DNA of 64,000 bases from Adineta vaga (GCA_021613535.1 CP075496.1:7130001-7194000), one strand, 5' to 3'. Shown: positions 38,473-53,371, numbered from the stretch's first letter. Notes: generated by a model not told the origin, from the sequence alone. Program-made: numbers and translations.

Positions 38473-40028
38473 TCATTTATATTTTACATGATCATATCCA
38501 TATTCATCGAACAGTTTTCGTTGTTCTGAATCAGACAAGATTGCATATGCTTGATTGATTAATTTAAATTGTTCTTCTATTTGTTGATTTCCTATATTTC
38601 GATCAGGATGAAATTCTTTCACTTTCAATAAATAGGCATGTTTTATATCACTACTCGATGCTACTCGCCTAACACCTAAGATTTCATATAAATCAGGTCC
38701 AATATCAAATGAAAATGTTGTTTTTCTAAAAACAAATCGAATTTTAAATCAAACTCAATTGATAGATAATCTTTACTTCGTTTCTTCCGTTCGTTGTCGA
38801 TGAAAAGTTGACTGAGAATCTTTTTGATCAAAACTTTTATCCGTAAATAAATATGGATTTTGTCTTTTGAAATCTAACCAGTCACGAATGTCTTGTTTAC
38901 CTCGATAAAGATGTGAATAATCTCGAATATATTTCGCTAATTGTAAAGCTGCTAATGAAACAACAGGTAATGTTAATCCAGTTGAAAGTAATGCAATTGG
39001 TACAATCAATATACGTTGAGTAAAGGCATAGAAAGCAAATGATACAAGAGATATAAATGACATCGCACATGCTGGATAAACAATTCCCATAATTAATGAA
39101 GTTATCTGAAGAAAAACAAAACACAATTGAATAAAAGTCGAATTTTTACGATTGAATTGAGTTTACTTTTAATCGAGAAAATTGTCGTAAACCAGCTACT
39201 TGTCCGGTACATCCATTGATTAAACATTGCAATTGTCTGTTACGATATTGATAATCAACAACATAAACGGGAAAATAGATCAATTCTTGAGTTTCTCGTT
39301 TAATTGGAAAACGAATTGAAGTTATACGATATTCATCCTTTTTCTGTTTATTTAATTCTTTTATACAGAGATCTTGAATTTTCGGTATGATTTGCAAATC
39401 CCAACCAATTTCAAATGCTGTCTCACGATCAACTGTCCATTCTTCAAGAATATCATTAGTTGTAGATGAAATATTAATAGGTTGTAATGAATCATCGATT
39501 TTCAAATCTATTTCAAGTATATGTTGTCGATCATGAGTATGAGCAGCATATACATTGACTTTCGACAGATTGATATTAGCTATAGATATTTGATCAGATA
39601 ATGGATGCCATTCAGTACCGCCCCATATCCAAGCACCACGTTTTACCTAGATATAAATATTGAATTTTTGTCGAATACATAGAATAAATGTAGTATTACG
39701 TAAGCTTCAGCATACACAGAACCTGTTAATGAAAATGACCAACAAGGTAAATAGCGTTGAGTGACAGTAACGGGTGTTCGTTGCCAATCACTGGGCGCCA
39801 ACCTCTTAGAAGAAAGATGGAATAGAGAATGAATGAATGAAAGAACTAATTGAAAAATTACCAAAATGATTTTTGCCATCGACGAAAATAATCGAGTGCT
39901 TTATTTTCATCAAATGAAAATGGTAAACCCATTCGAGAAGTTTTAGTTGAAGAATTTGTCTCATAAGTGACAGTACGAGAATGGATAATCGTAGATAATC
40001 GACAAGGAAGTTTGATAAATCGTTGCAT
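38473..40028 (-). CDS. Membrane protein with C-terminal DnaJ (J) domain and basic presequence-like N-terminus
   Basis: Last exon DLYEILGVRRVASSSDIKHAYLLKVKEFHPDRN...FKLINQAYAILSDSEQRKLFD has an intact HPD. Two hydrophobic helices at 38930-39105. N-terminus MQRFIKLPCRLSTIIHSR. About 6 exons. Confidence 0.82.
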
Positions 40029-40434
40029 ACTCTTGGTACGATGAAAAATTAAACTAACAATCAAATATAATATGTTAACATAAACTACAAGAGTACGAGC
40101 GATGTTTGATTGGTTACGATGATCTTATTACATTTGACAAATGGAAACTAGAGACATCTTTGAAAAATACTTTGTATCGACAGCTCCTTCATAATATTGA
40201 TATTTCTGAATTGTGCGTATGTGCATAGTTTTTGTTCACATATCAAATTTGAAATAAATGCTGTCAATGAAATATATTTATGGAAAAATAGAAAAAAAGC
40301 CGTAAGAAAAAGACAAATCCCGAAGAAGAAAAAGGAAAAAGATATACAATGAACAGATTTTCTTTTTCCTATCTGATTTCGATAATGCGAATACACACAT
40401 AATCACTGTTTAAAAACAACGAAGATTTTTTGAA

Positions 40435-43400
40435 TCAAACAAGTTCTGCTCTTATACAATCGTGTGTAATTGATGACCCACTAATTCCATCTTTAAAACT
40501 TCGATATGTAACAAGACCATTATCTACACTTGATGGCGAATAATGATGTAATCGAACATTATCATACGGAGAAAATCGACCTTTCTGAAAAAAACAATAA
40601 AGATATTTTTATGAAAATAATCCTTGTAAAAGAAGACGGGTAACGTAACGAACCTTAATCGCAGCATAGGGAGAACCAGCTTTAGTTCGAATACTTGTAT
40701 CTAATGCTAAATAAGATGAAATATCATCTAAATAAAGCAGAGAGAAAACAATTCATATATGAGATATACAAATGTAGAAGTGAGAAAGTACCTTGTGGCC
40801 ATAGTCGAGTATGGCTAGGTGTCATTCGAGTTAATGTTGCTGATGAATACGAAGGTACAAATGGCCGTTTTGCATCATCATCTTCATATTTTTGATAAGT
40901 ACTGAATGGATAAGCATTCGTTGTTGATGAATAGGGTCGTTCAAAGAAGAGATTCGATGGAATAGGTTGAAATATATCGACAGTATTTGCTTCTGTTTCA
41001 TTTGTTCCTGTTGTTGATGAATTATCACTATTGACATGTGCTCGTCGACGTTTCATAATAAACAATGATATTAGTACAATATTAATCAATAAAATAAATA
41101 AACCAAACACAGCAACAATAACAATAACAGTTAAAGAAAATCTTGATGATGAATTTGAACTTGAAAAAGAATAAAATGGTGAAGATGGTAGATATCGTGA
41201 TGTTGAAGCAAGAATTTCATCCGTCCAAATGCTTAAATGATATGAATTATTTGACCGTATACTAATGTAATATTCACTAGCTAATTGTAAATTTTTCAAA
41301 TCAAATGATTGATCACCAAATGGAACGTCTTCATATGAATAACGTGTATCCGATCCAAGACGATAACGAATTTGAAATGTTTGCCGTGCACCACCATCAA
41401 AACCTGGTAGCCAACTGATTATTAGTGATGAATGAGATGAATTTGTGACACGCACTTGGCTTGGTGCATCAGGGATAGCTGTAAAACCACGAAAATATAT
41501 TATATTAAACTTCATCCATAACTAGAACTTACTTAATCCAGTTAAAGTCACATCTGTACTGTCACTATTCAATGAATTTTCTGCTTTACATTGATATACA
41601 CCATAATCCGATTTAGTTACATTGGCTATATAAAGTATAGCATCAAATAGAAGATTTGGAGAAAATGTTGACGATGAATCAGTCCGTTCATTTAATACCG
41701 ATCGATATTTTGATGAAGATGATAATGGTTGATTATCCTATGAATAAAAATATCTTTGTGAATAATTCTCCACTCGAATTAAATAAAATAGAAGAATTGA
41801 TTTCCAACTGATTATGTGTGTGGTGAAACAAAAGATTAAAAACTAATATTTCATTTTTCATAAAATGTCAGACAAGTGCAATTAATAATGGAGATAAACT
41901 ACATATCATCTGTCGAGATTATCGTATCATTTTTAACTAACCTTCATCCATGTTACTGTCGGTCGTGGAACAGCAGATAAGTAACAATGTAATTCAGCTG
42001 TAAGTAAACGATCAGAATCAGCTGCTGCTTTACTTCGACTTGGATCAGTTCGATCAATTTCTGGTGCATCTAAACCGAATCAATAGTAAAAAAAGACATA
42101 AATAACTCATTTGAAAAAGATGAATAATTACATTGTACAACTAGTGGAATTGTTGCACGACTATTTCCATATGGATTATCAATTTCACATGCATACTGTC
42201 CAGCATCATCACGTCGTACAGATTTCCCGATTAATGATGCTTCTTGTCCTTCCACACGTCTTTCCCATTGTCCAGCATTTTTACTCGAAAATATTTCTTC
42301 ATTATTTTTAAACCATCGTACATTATTTAATTCAAGTGGTTTTGCATCAATAGCACATAGTAATGTTACAGTTGAACCTGGCGTTGCTGCATCCGATACA
42401 GAATAACCTCGAGTACGAGTTATAACTGGTCCATCTTTAGAAAAGAGAAAAAGAAAAGTGAAACTTTTTCCTTCTTGTTATTTTTACTTACAAAGAACAT
42501 TTAATGTAAAATTCACTTCAGCACTTCCATATGTATTCGCTGCTACACATCGATAATTGCCAAAATCACTTTTTTGAACACTTGTTAATGATAATTGTCC
42601 TTGATTGATAAATATCCTTGATTGATCAGTAAATAATTGTCGACCTGATGGATGAAACCATGTATAAGTTATTGGCATTGGATAAGCACTTGCTTCAAGT
42701 GTTATATTAAACGATTGATTTTCTTTCACATCAGCAAATGCATCAAAATCATGAAAATGTGGTTCATCTACAAATAAGATAATAGTCTTAGAATAGAACG
42801 AAATATTCTTGAATAAGATGCATACGATTAACATTGAGCACATATGTCACTTGTTTAGTTAATGGTGGTGTATCAATATCTAAAGTTGCTTCACATGTTA
42901 ATAAATTTCCATGTAGAGCAAGATCAATTTGAGGTAACTATAAAATACAACAAAAGGATTATAGATAATATTTGCTTTTTTTTCTAATTTATTTTTGATA
43001 TGAAATCAATCTGATTGATCGTCTACTTACCGCAAATTTAATTGAATTAATTCCATTCACATAGGTACTTGTACTTTTATAGTGAATATCCGAATGTTTA
43101 GTTCCATCGTTTGATTGTCTAATTATAGTTAAGATTGCCTGAGGATTAGATATGGATGTTCGACATTCAAATTCTCCTAAACTATCGTTTCCAACAGTTA
43201 AATTTGATAAAATACTACTATCAATAATCTTCATTTCAGATGGAAGAACTATGTAAAATAAAAACAATGAAAAATATTTCAATTCACTTTTGCAATATAC
43301 TTACAAGCAACATTTAATGAAAATGAAGCTACTCGTTCTGGAAAATTTTCTACTTGTCCTTTACATATCAACGGAAGATTATTATCCGATGATGATGCTA

Positions 43401-46142
43401 GAAATTCTACACGACTTAATGCATATTTTCCACTTGTTTCACTAACATATTCCGAACGAAGTATTTCATCACCTAGAAAAAAGAAAACCGAAGTTTAGTT
43501 CAAATCTATTATTGTTCCTTTTTTTGTATCATAACAAACCTTTTAACCAAGTAAGTTTTCCTAATGGATTGCCTCCGGTAAGAATACATTCAGCAACAAT
43601 TTTATCACCTGCTTTTATAATTTTATCTTTTGATACTCCATGCATTTCAATACTAGTAGCATCATCTATAACAGAAATAATATTGAAGATAAAGAAAAGT
43701 AATGTTCGAAAAACAAAAGCATTACAGATGATATTTAATCGTGTTGAATCGGTAACTTGATGTCCTGTTTCTGGATTTCTTGCTTCACAAGAAAGAATTT
43801 TTGTATGATAATCTCGTAATGGTTTATCTAAACCAATTGTTTTCACTAGTTGAATTGTTGTTCCAACGTATTCTCCTCGTTCTTCTAAAGGATCTACATC
43901 GCCCGTAATGATTTGTCCATCTAATTTCCAGACAACAATAGGTCGAGGATTCGATGATGTTGTTCGACAGATAAATTGTCGTGTAGTTCCTTCAACTAAT
44001 GTAGTTACACTCATACTTGAATTTGGTGTATTTCCACGAATTTGCACTGAAGATGGACCAACTAATAAGGAACAAAAAAATGAAACAGAAATTCTTCGCT
44101 AAATACAACGAAAATTCTTACATGCCACTTGTAAAGTAATATTTGTTTGTAATCTTTGTCCTAATGAGTAGAGATAGGCATTAATCACATGACATGAAAG
44201 TGTTGCATTATTATCTGCTGGTGTAATCAACATTGTAATATTATTTTCTGTTGCATTTTGTTGTGAAAGTACAACAAATGAATTATCAATTAACGTTGAT
44301 GTATCATTTCCACTTTCGATTCGATGCCATGAAAGTCGACCCAAAGGATTTCCACCACTTGTTTGACATGATAGAGTTAAACGTGATCCATTAATTAGAC
44401 GAAATGTTGATGGATAACCACGAATAATTGGAAGACTTGGTGGAGAAGTTATTTCAACATCGAATGATGTTTGAAGTTTCTGTGTATCACTTGGTAAAGT
44501 TTCATGACGAACTTCACATGTAAAACGAGTTTTATGTAAAGATATTGATGGTACCAAAGCAAGAGTACTGACGGTAGAGAAAAGTCGACCTAAAGAGATA
44601 ATATTATATGATACAAGATAATTTCTACTGATATGATCGATCATCTAATCAAGAATAATACGAAGAAAAATCAGCCCTTTGAAGAAAAGGTCATACGTAG
44701 CAAAGAAAACTTATCTGTTAACGAGCTTATTAAATAGAATATTTCGAATGATATTGACCAGAATTAATTACCGAAGTTTTCTTTGTTTTTTAGAATGTAC
44801 TTTAAGTATTAAGAGTACTCAAAAGAATATTTTATTGCTTCATTATCGTATGATTTATTGTCATAGAGAAAGACTTCTGTAATAAGTGAATTGTTTATAA
44901 GAACAGAAAGAAATAGTCAAGTTCTAGTTAATTATCATGATAATTACCTTGAGAAAATGTACGTGTTGTTGCGTTAAATTCATGTCCACTTTCATTGAAC
45001 CATTTTATTTGTGCAGCTGGTCGTGCTCCATCAACTCGACAATTAACTTGATGCATTGATTCATCATATCTCATTGTTACAACAGTCGTTTTATTTGATG
45101 GCGGTCGATCATTGATTTGTACACGTTCTGGCTGAACAAGAGTTCGAATTTGTGCAACTTGTTTCAATGCTGGTAATTCATTATAAGGTGAGACTTCACA
45201 AGCAAAGATTCCTTCATCTTCTAATTTCAATGATTCAATGAAGAAATTAAATTCGCCTCGATTTTCATCGCCAATTATAGACCAACTGGGAAAAGCAGGA
45301 AGTTGTCGATCATAACCTAGAGGAAACAAAAACACAAAAGGTCAATTGTCTTTCATGTCTTCCTAATGTTCATTAGTAGACAAAGATAGTTACACACGTG
45401 GTGAAGATAGTAGTGTTATTCTAAGTAATTCTTGTCGGCCGATAAAATATATGTGTGTCAATCAGCGGCTTTTATTCCTGCTATGATAACGAGAGTTAAT
45501 TGCTCCTCATGTTCGTTGATAGATAGACTCCACCTACTTTCTCACCAATAAGTATTCATAGTTAGTATCTAAGTAGTACCATTGTTCTTGGGGATTTTTA
45601 GCTTTTTCTTCTTCTTTTACATAGAGTGGGTGGATTATTTGTTCAAATTGAAGGGTTAATATTGCTTATCACTATCAAATAAGGCGGAGAGAACGAATCA
45701 TTCAAATACTTGCCAATGGGTAAAGAAAAAAAAGGCCGGTAATGGATGTTTATCATATGTATACACTTCACTTGTCTCACACATATATATATATATATAG
45801 TGATGATGATGATGTCAATTAGACAATTATGTTCAGTGTGCATTCATATATATATATATATACATTCGAATAGAAACTCACCCAATGCAAGTCCATCTTT
45901 TGTCCATTGAACATCACCATGAGGCGGTGCAATCACACATGGAATTGTAATATTTGAGCCAATTAATGTGGATATATCGTGAGGTTTTACCTCATAGAAT
46001 TGACCTTGACTATGGGATAAATCTAAGAGAACGAGAAAATGATAATGATGACATTTCTAATAATATAAAATAGATTCATTTAGAAAGACTTACATGGGAT
46101 TGAAAATAATACGAACAATTGAAGAAGTAGGCTTAGTGCCAT
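40435..46142 (-). CDS. nphs1-like: Nephrin/Sns/Hibris/SYG-2-like Ig-superfamily adhesion protein (~9 Ig + FN3 + TM + cytoplasmic tail)
   Basis: Signal MALSLLLQLFVLFSIP; Ig1 with VQWTKDGLALGYDR (nephrin/Neph signature); repeated GGNPLGxLxW, SNP and DDAGQYAC Ig motifs; FN3 ISWLPGFDGGARQTFQIRYR; TM LTVIVIVAVFGLFILLINIVLISLFI; C-terminus AELV* resembles a PDZ ligand. Confidence 0.88.
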
Positions 46143-46297
46143 TTCTGAAATAGACAACAATAGTATAATGGTCATGGAACGGTCAGACACGCTCGAGACA
46201 GACAATAATCAAGATGGATCGATCTATAGAGATGAGTCTGTTTCTCTATCTTCGCTATAAACATATAATTGCAATCTCTTCGATTCTAGCTGACCAT

Positions 46298-46328
<31 letters not shown>

Positions 46329-47994
46329 CATACAAATATACACTTGATGAGGCTTCTTTAACATCAACATGAACATCGGGGCATACAGGTGGTCTGAAAC
46401 CTTTCTTTGAGACATTTCACTTAACTTATCCCATCACTTTAAAAAAAATAATTTACTCTGTCTCTTTCGATTCTTTCTTTTTTTCATATGATATGATGAT
46501 ATATACATGCATGTACGTATGTATATATAGAAATGACTTAAGTCCTTCATGCCTATCCGATTTCTACACATTGCGCTCGAACAATTCTGTTGATATACAG
46601 AGGAAAAAAAGAACAGTAAATCACTTCCGCAAAGGACAACTGAATAACCTGCCAGAAGGAAGATCCTTGGTACCATCTGAATATATAGTGTTTCTCCCAT
46701 GAGACTCAAAACGACGGAAAAGTCTAGAAGTGCGTGACCATAAACTCACCTGATTGTGCAGATATATATATATATATAGATTCACTGTAGGCTACAACTA
46801 TTGTAACAGCTCGATAGAATGTTCCTTATGACATCGTTCGTCTGATGTACTACGACAGGGAATCATAATCATAACAATAATGTGCATCCTTCTCATACAA
46901 TATCGACTTCTTCTTCTTCTCCTTTGTTTCTCTCTTTTCTCTTCTCTCCACTGACTTGTTGAATATGTTCAGCATCTTTCTCTCTGTCTCTCTGTCTCTC
47001 TCTATGCATATTGAGTGTAGATGGCTCGACCCTCGTCTGTCGTATTGACGTAAGAGAATTGTAGAGATTGTGTACGTGCGCAACTATAAGTCGAACTGCT
47101 TAACTGTTCAATCGTCACTCGTGTTTGAACTGAACCGCTGCGTCACAAGAGAATTTCATGAACAAATGAATGCTAAGCTCGTTGATGAGCTTGAATCATC
47201 ATCATCTTTCTACACTCTCTACTTGCAATTAGTTGATTCTTTCACAAATAAAGAATTATAGGGGGAAAAAGCAAGAAAGAATAAGGGAATAAGTAAAAAC
47301 ACAGCAGGTAATGTCTGCTATACTTAATATGATCAATGTATGAAAGAGAAAAATACTATTACATATTATTTAAGAAAACGATGAAGAAATTTGTCTAGAA
47401 AAACAAATGTATGATTACTAGAACAACCACTTAACACTAAGACATCAATGTTCAGAAGAGTATCTATTTCATTTTATCAGCTTCTTGTATAAACATACAT
47501 AAAGTAGTGAACAACGGGAAAAGGCGTCGAGACTAGTATCAGCTGCCGAGACTCATGAAAATCAAGAAAAATGACGATGTAACCTATTTAATTTTTCACT
47601 TCTCATTGAACACGTCGCACTCAATCGTGAACATGGATCTTTAATTACAAAAGATGGTGTCATACATGTAGACTAACTAACATGAACAAGAAGCAATCAA
47701 TCTCATTTGAACACTCATCTAAACTTCTTATTCTGACATATGATCCTCCTAATACACATAAAATTAAAAAATATTTAATATTCTTTATTATGATCTTTCG
47801 AAGGACATTTTCTGTATGGTAGAATACCTCTCTAGATAATGATGATGATGATGATCTATTCTCTTAATACATACTAATCGTACATTTAGATCGTATTTTT
47901 TCAACTACATCATCTTATATATTTTCTCGAAAGAATGTTGAGTTTATCCAACCGACCATCGCTTTAGGGATCGATCATCCATCGGAAGTAACTT

Positions 47995-48016
47995 TCTCTC
48001 TCTCTCTCTCTCTCTC
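47995..48016. repeat. (CT)n microsatellite
   Basis: tctctctctctctctctctctc. Confidence 0.9.
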
Positions 48017-49024
48017 TTACTCTTCATCAAACTAGCTAACGTTGAAAAGCTCTGTCTTCGAAGCCTGTCTGTCATCAGTGTATAATGCCTTGACCTATTC
48101 TTTTCGATAGGACTTACGCAATATGCAGGTTACTTGTAATTAGCTATGAGTGTATGCAACTGCTTCTTTTTTTTCTCTTCGTTTCAAGAAACACGATCGT
48201 CATTCTTATCTATTTTCTGTATATTTGCCTATTCAATGTATACTTCCGTACTTTACACAAAAAACATACACACACACTTTTACCTTCAAGAACAAGACTG
48301 GAATCAAACAACAGAAAAAAAATCTGAATAGAAGGTCAACAATCAAAGACCAAATTGTTTCACTTTCTTTCTGTTCCTTCTTTCCTATCTATAATCAAAC
48401 TATAACAATTGTCTTCTCTCTTTTTTTCCTACTACGATCAAATCATTTATCACGACAAAAGTGTTTATATGTTCGTTCTCTCATCTAAGACGTAGAAAAA
48501 CGAGAAAGAACAGAGAAAAGAAAGGTGCCATTTCTTTCTCTCTCTCTCTTCTTTATTACACTTTCTCTCTCATCCATACTCTTGATCAGTGTTGACAAGA
48601 GAAAAGGTTTGTTTAGATTTGCCTCGTTGAACAAAACGGAATTCTCAAAGCAAATTAGACTCATGGGACACAAAAGACGTGACTTAGCAAACGTCAACAT
48701 CAGACCAGACAGCGTGTCTGTTGTGTCTCTCATCGTCAAGGTCGTCAATCACACCTACTCCTGACAGAATCAATTGAATATCTTCAAACGATAGAATACC
48801 GCTATGCTTACTTATACATACATATGCATATATACATCGAGATGAAGCGTTAATCTCAGTTCAGACGCGTGTTCATCGTTGATCTTTGATGTGAAATGCT
48901 TGTCTTTTGCTTTTTACCGTAAAATAAAACAAAAACAAATAGAACACACAAACCATCAAATGTTTAATCTCAAAAAATCATTTCATATTCATATGTTCAG
49001 TGATCAGTGATCACATAAAAAAGA

Positions 49025-50131
49025 ATGATGAAGAATATCTTGCTCGATTTCCTCAGGGGTAAAATAAAGAAGAGAAACTTTAGTAAGAATGTTCAAGTAG
49101 TAACAGCAGGTGATGAGCGAAAAAAAAACATACGAAGTTCACTGTTGGGCGCCAAATCGAAAGAGCAATTAGATACTTTATTTCCAATAATGGATATGGA
49201 TGAACAACAATCGAAAGTAACAAATGAGATTGTTAAACTTATACTTAATTCGAAATCATCATTATCAACCACTATGAATCCAATCGAAGTTGAAATTCAA
49301 ATGCCTGTTCAGTTACAAAAAGTATATATGTATGAAGCAGAAACTCAAACAACATCGAATGAAATTTCAGATTATTTAAGTAAAGAAGCAGGTGATGAAG
49401 CTCGTTTGACTGGCTCAAATAAATATGGTTTGTTATCGTTAGATGAATATCAAATAATACGTACAGGTGAAGAACATTGTTTAAAAAAATATTTTTCTGA
49501 TGACGATCTTAGTCTATCTGATGGTGGAGAAGAAGAAGAAGAGATAAGCATGGAACAACAAATGAAACAAATGACATTTGATGATAAAATAGATAAAACA
49601 GGTTAGTTCTAAGCATCGAAAGAGAAAAAAGTAATTATTGTTCAGTAATCTGGAAAGAAAATTTCTTTTCATTGACTTCCTTTTTTGTCCATTCACAAAT
49701 CTTCAGCTGTAATGGAAAATTTCAATAATAATGCTTCAACTATTCTACATACAACAAATTCAGAACTCTCCAATACATTCTTCATGAATGATACAACACA
49801 TCTATCTGCAACATTAGCACAATCAACATCATCACAAATATCACATAGTCGTTATATGCAAATTTCTAAAGATAGTTCACTGATTGAAGATACTTGTTCA
49901 AAATCTAAACGAAAAATGTCTTCTATTCGATTGTTTGTTCGTCAAGCAATTGATTCTTGTCGTGAAAATTTAACTCTAGTTAATCACTTACTTGAGCATA
50001 TTCCACAATCATCAACAAATCATGATCATCAACAACGAAATTGTCATGAACAAACCAACAGCATTCTAAATCTTTCGAATCCAATCAAAGGACTTCAATT
50101 TTATCCATCGTCTAGTGTTCAAACTGAATAA
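49025..50131 (+). CDS. Uncharacterised two-exon protein, likely disordered
   Basis: 193-aa ORF with donor g|gttagt at ~49601 joins acceptor cttcag at ~49705 into a second long ORF. Acidic and Ser-rich; no domain recognised. Confidence 0.6.
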
Positions 50132-50271
50132 TAGAAAATTCGAATGATTATATGACAGTTTTATCTTCTCCACCTTCTCAATCTCGATGAAATGTCCATC
50201 ATTTGAGGTATATCTACATGCCTACTAGCGGTCACGCTATGTGGAAAAAAGAATTCATTAGACAAAAAACA

Positions 50272-50292
50272 ACACACACACACACACACACA
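50272..50292. repeat. (CA)n microsatellite
   Basis: acacacacacacacacacac. Confidence 0.9.
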
Positions 50293-52608
50293 CCAAGATG
50301 AACGAGCACTTGAACATTTTTAATCACTAGATTATAATGACAAGTAACCATAAAAGTTTTTTTAAGATGAGATCAATCAATAGGAGGTAGTAATCATTAA
50401 CATGTAAGTCGACGTTGTCAACCTATTGTTTCTCTTTTCTACAATGTATATACGCATATATAAAGAGGTGAAAAAGAAGAAAAAAAGTGTTGCACTACGC
50501 TGTCAATGTGTCGTAGCGATCAGGAGGTCATTAAATAAATGTATGTTCATTCGGCGGAAAAGCCATCAGCATCAGCATGAATTGAGTATGTCGAAAGAAA
50601 GAATAAATGAGATGAACGATGACAATGTCATCTACACCGTACGTATACTACCTTTCAGTCGACAATGGGAGTGGCACTTCAATCAATTTTTCTCTTGAAG
50701 GACAAACATTATTGTTCGAATTAAAAATTATTCATTTATTTGACATATCCAACAGAGTCTGCCTTTGAAATTAGAAAGTATAACCACTGAGTTGATACTA
50801 TTATTAACTTTTTCTTCTAAGATAATTGCAAATTATGTAACAAAATCAGCTTAACTGTCTCTTGGACATCAAATTCTCTTAAGAAGAGATTTGTTTTTAA
50901 GTGGTCTTTTACGCTAGACGAGTAGATATAATAAAAAAAGAAATTATATTTAGAAAGTTATCGATCAAAAACGTCGAAGATATTGGTAGTTACATTCGAT
51001 TGAATATAGTATATTATACCTTTAGGCATTATTCATATCATCGAATTGATTTTCATTACTGATAACAAGTAAAAACAAAAAAAGAAAATTGATTGAAACA
51101 TAGTCATGCATGTTTTATGCTTTGATCAGAACAAGATTGTAAGAACTATATTCAATCAAATGATAAATATTTACCTTTTCTTTTTCGTTTAATTTCATAG
51201 CATAAGAAAGATTATGATACACTATCACTAATCTTTATAGATAGATGTCTGAATTTAAAAAAAAACAATCTCAGACATTCAGTAATGTTGAAATATTTCA
51301 AGGGTACTCTTATTATCGTTTGAATACTCATTGTTGATTGAGACCAATTACCCGACAGACTTGTTCATCTTTGCTACTTATCAACTGTTAAAATACATTT
51401 GAAAGTAATCTTATAATATGTACGATATTTTTCTCCTTTCATTCACTTATGTATTCATAACAAAGATTATAGGTAATATCTTGATAATCGAAGAATTTTG
51501 AATGTCAGATAATCATTCTTCCAAACTATTTGCTGCAATAAAATAATATAAAAAATTCAAAATGAATCTTTTTCTCTCTTACAAGATACTTTTTCTTTGA
51601 TAGAAGTTATTGTTAACGTTTCTGTTGATGGTAAATAATGAGACAAACTATTCATATTTCTTTGAATTTGATAGATTAATATTGATGAATTATTTACATA
51701 TGCATTGATGACAATTTCCATTGGTTATCATTGTTGATCCTGATAAACATATCATGAACTTCTCTTCACTCTGCCGAGTAATGTATTTCTAAAGGAGTTT
51801 TTATATTTGCAAATATTTTGGCACGTTTACTTTCGAATTAACACTTCCAATAGATGGTAATATATTATTTGCAATTCAACAGATTGATTCATAATTTAAA
51901 ATGAACTTTTATTATTGTTTTCAATCATGAATTAGAATGAAATTTCATTGAAGACATTTTTTCTCACTGACAAAATACTAGACTAAATTCTGAATTATTC
52001 TTTATCATGAAGTAAAATTAGCTTACTTCAAATACGTCAAGGTTAATACATTGCTCATTTATAAGGCTTTTGCCTATTAACACATTTGATTAACATGGAA
52101 TTGTCTTTTATTCTCGATGAAATATGTAACAGTAAAAATAAATTGTTTGAAATAAAATGAAAAGAAGATTGTAATGACCTTGTCGATAGATTACGATAGT
52201 TAATACTATGAACCAAGATGTGAATTAATTCATTTATATGAAATTAATTGAGTACAGCAGAAGCAAGTAATTTCCGTAGAAATCTAACATTGATTATAAT
52301 GACTTCAGATGTTTCGTTCAAAGCGTAACTAAAAGATTCTAATGAAGAAATTGATCTAGCTCAGATAGACTTCATATATACTTTTTTTCCAACTGAAAAT
52401 AGAGTGCTTATTCTTTATTTGCCATGGTTTATTAGTTTGGCGACATAATTAAATTGTAAAAACTTGTTGATATAAAGCGAATGTATTTCTTCACCTATTG
52501 TCGTCTATTACATTCATAATATTTCGTTGCTATGTAAAATACTGTTATTTATTATTATAATTATAATTTTAATAAACCGAGTGAAAGTTGTTCTGTTACG
52601 TTTTTATA

Positions 52609-52944
52609 ATGTTTGACGAATGTTGCAAAGCATCGTACTCTTTTAGGATTTATCTATTAATAATTTTAATGATTAGATTGGAGAGAAGTTTTGCTTTATC
52701 AAATTTATATGTGACGAATATTGACGATGGATATGCTAATGAAAATATACTGCCGTTGATATCTAACGAAGATCAAATACGAGTGAAGACAAGTTTCGGT
52801 AAAGATAAATTAAATGCTGCACATTTAAGAGACACACGTCAAAGTATGCTCAAATCGATCCCTCTGGTTGCTACTGGTGTTCTTATGCTAATTATGATTG
52901 GTGGTATTATTAGTGTTATAGTCTATCATATTAAAAAATGTTGA
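52609..52944 (+). CDS. Small orphan single-pass membrane protein
   Basis: 111-aa ORF with N-terminal hydrophobic stretch IYLLIILMI and C-terminal TM IPLVATGVLMLIMIGGIISVIVY followed by KK. Confidence 0.5.
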   Translation: MFDECCKASYSFRIYLLIILMIRLERSFALSNLYVTNIDDGYANENILPLISNEDQIRVKTSFGKDKLNAAHLRDTRQSMLKSIPLVATGVLMLIMIGGIISVIVYHIKKC

Positions 52945-53371
52945 AAAAAATGTTCTAATTTTATATGATCATGTCAATGAAACAAGTCCAGAATTGTTTA
53001 GAATAGTATTAACTGTACATGAAAGTAGAGGAGATAATACTTCCAAGACATAATAATACTTTTTGTGTATTTTAATGAAAAGATAAAACTATTCTAAACA
53101 TTAGTCATGTAAACATAAAAATATTTATCTCGAACTAATCTGATGTGAATGGTATAGCTGTAACATAAATAAAAATAGCATTTTTCTCAAGTAACAACAC
53201 CTTAAAATGTTTCATATTCACTAAGTTTTATTTATTAATACAGTACTCCGTGAAAAAAAAATTAATGAAATAAATTGTGTACAGAAAAAAATATTTATTG
53301 AGGAATGAGAAATTGTTAAGATTGCCATTACCACTACATACTACAGATTGTACACCGTTTTCGTGATCATC

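Noticed and set aside
51245-51280. Short inverted repeat atgtctga...tcagacat
   Set aside because: An 8-10 bp stem is expected by chance in AT-rich DNA; no TSD or transposase nearby.
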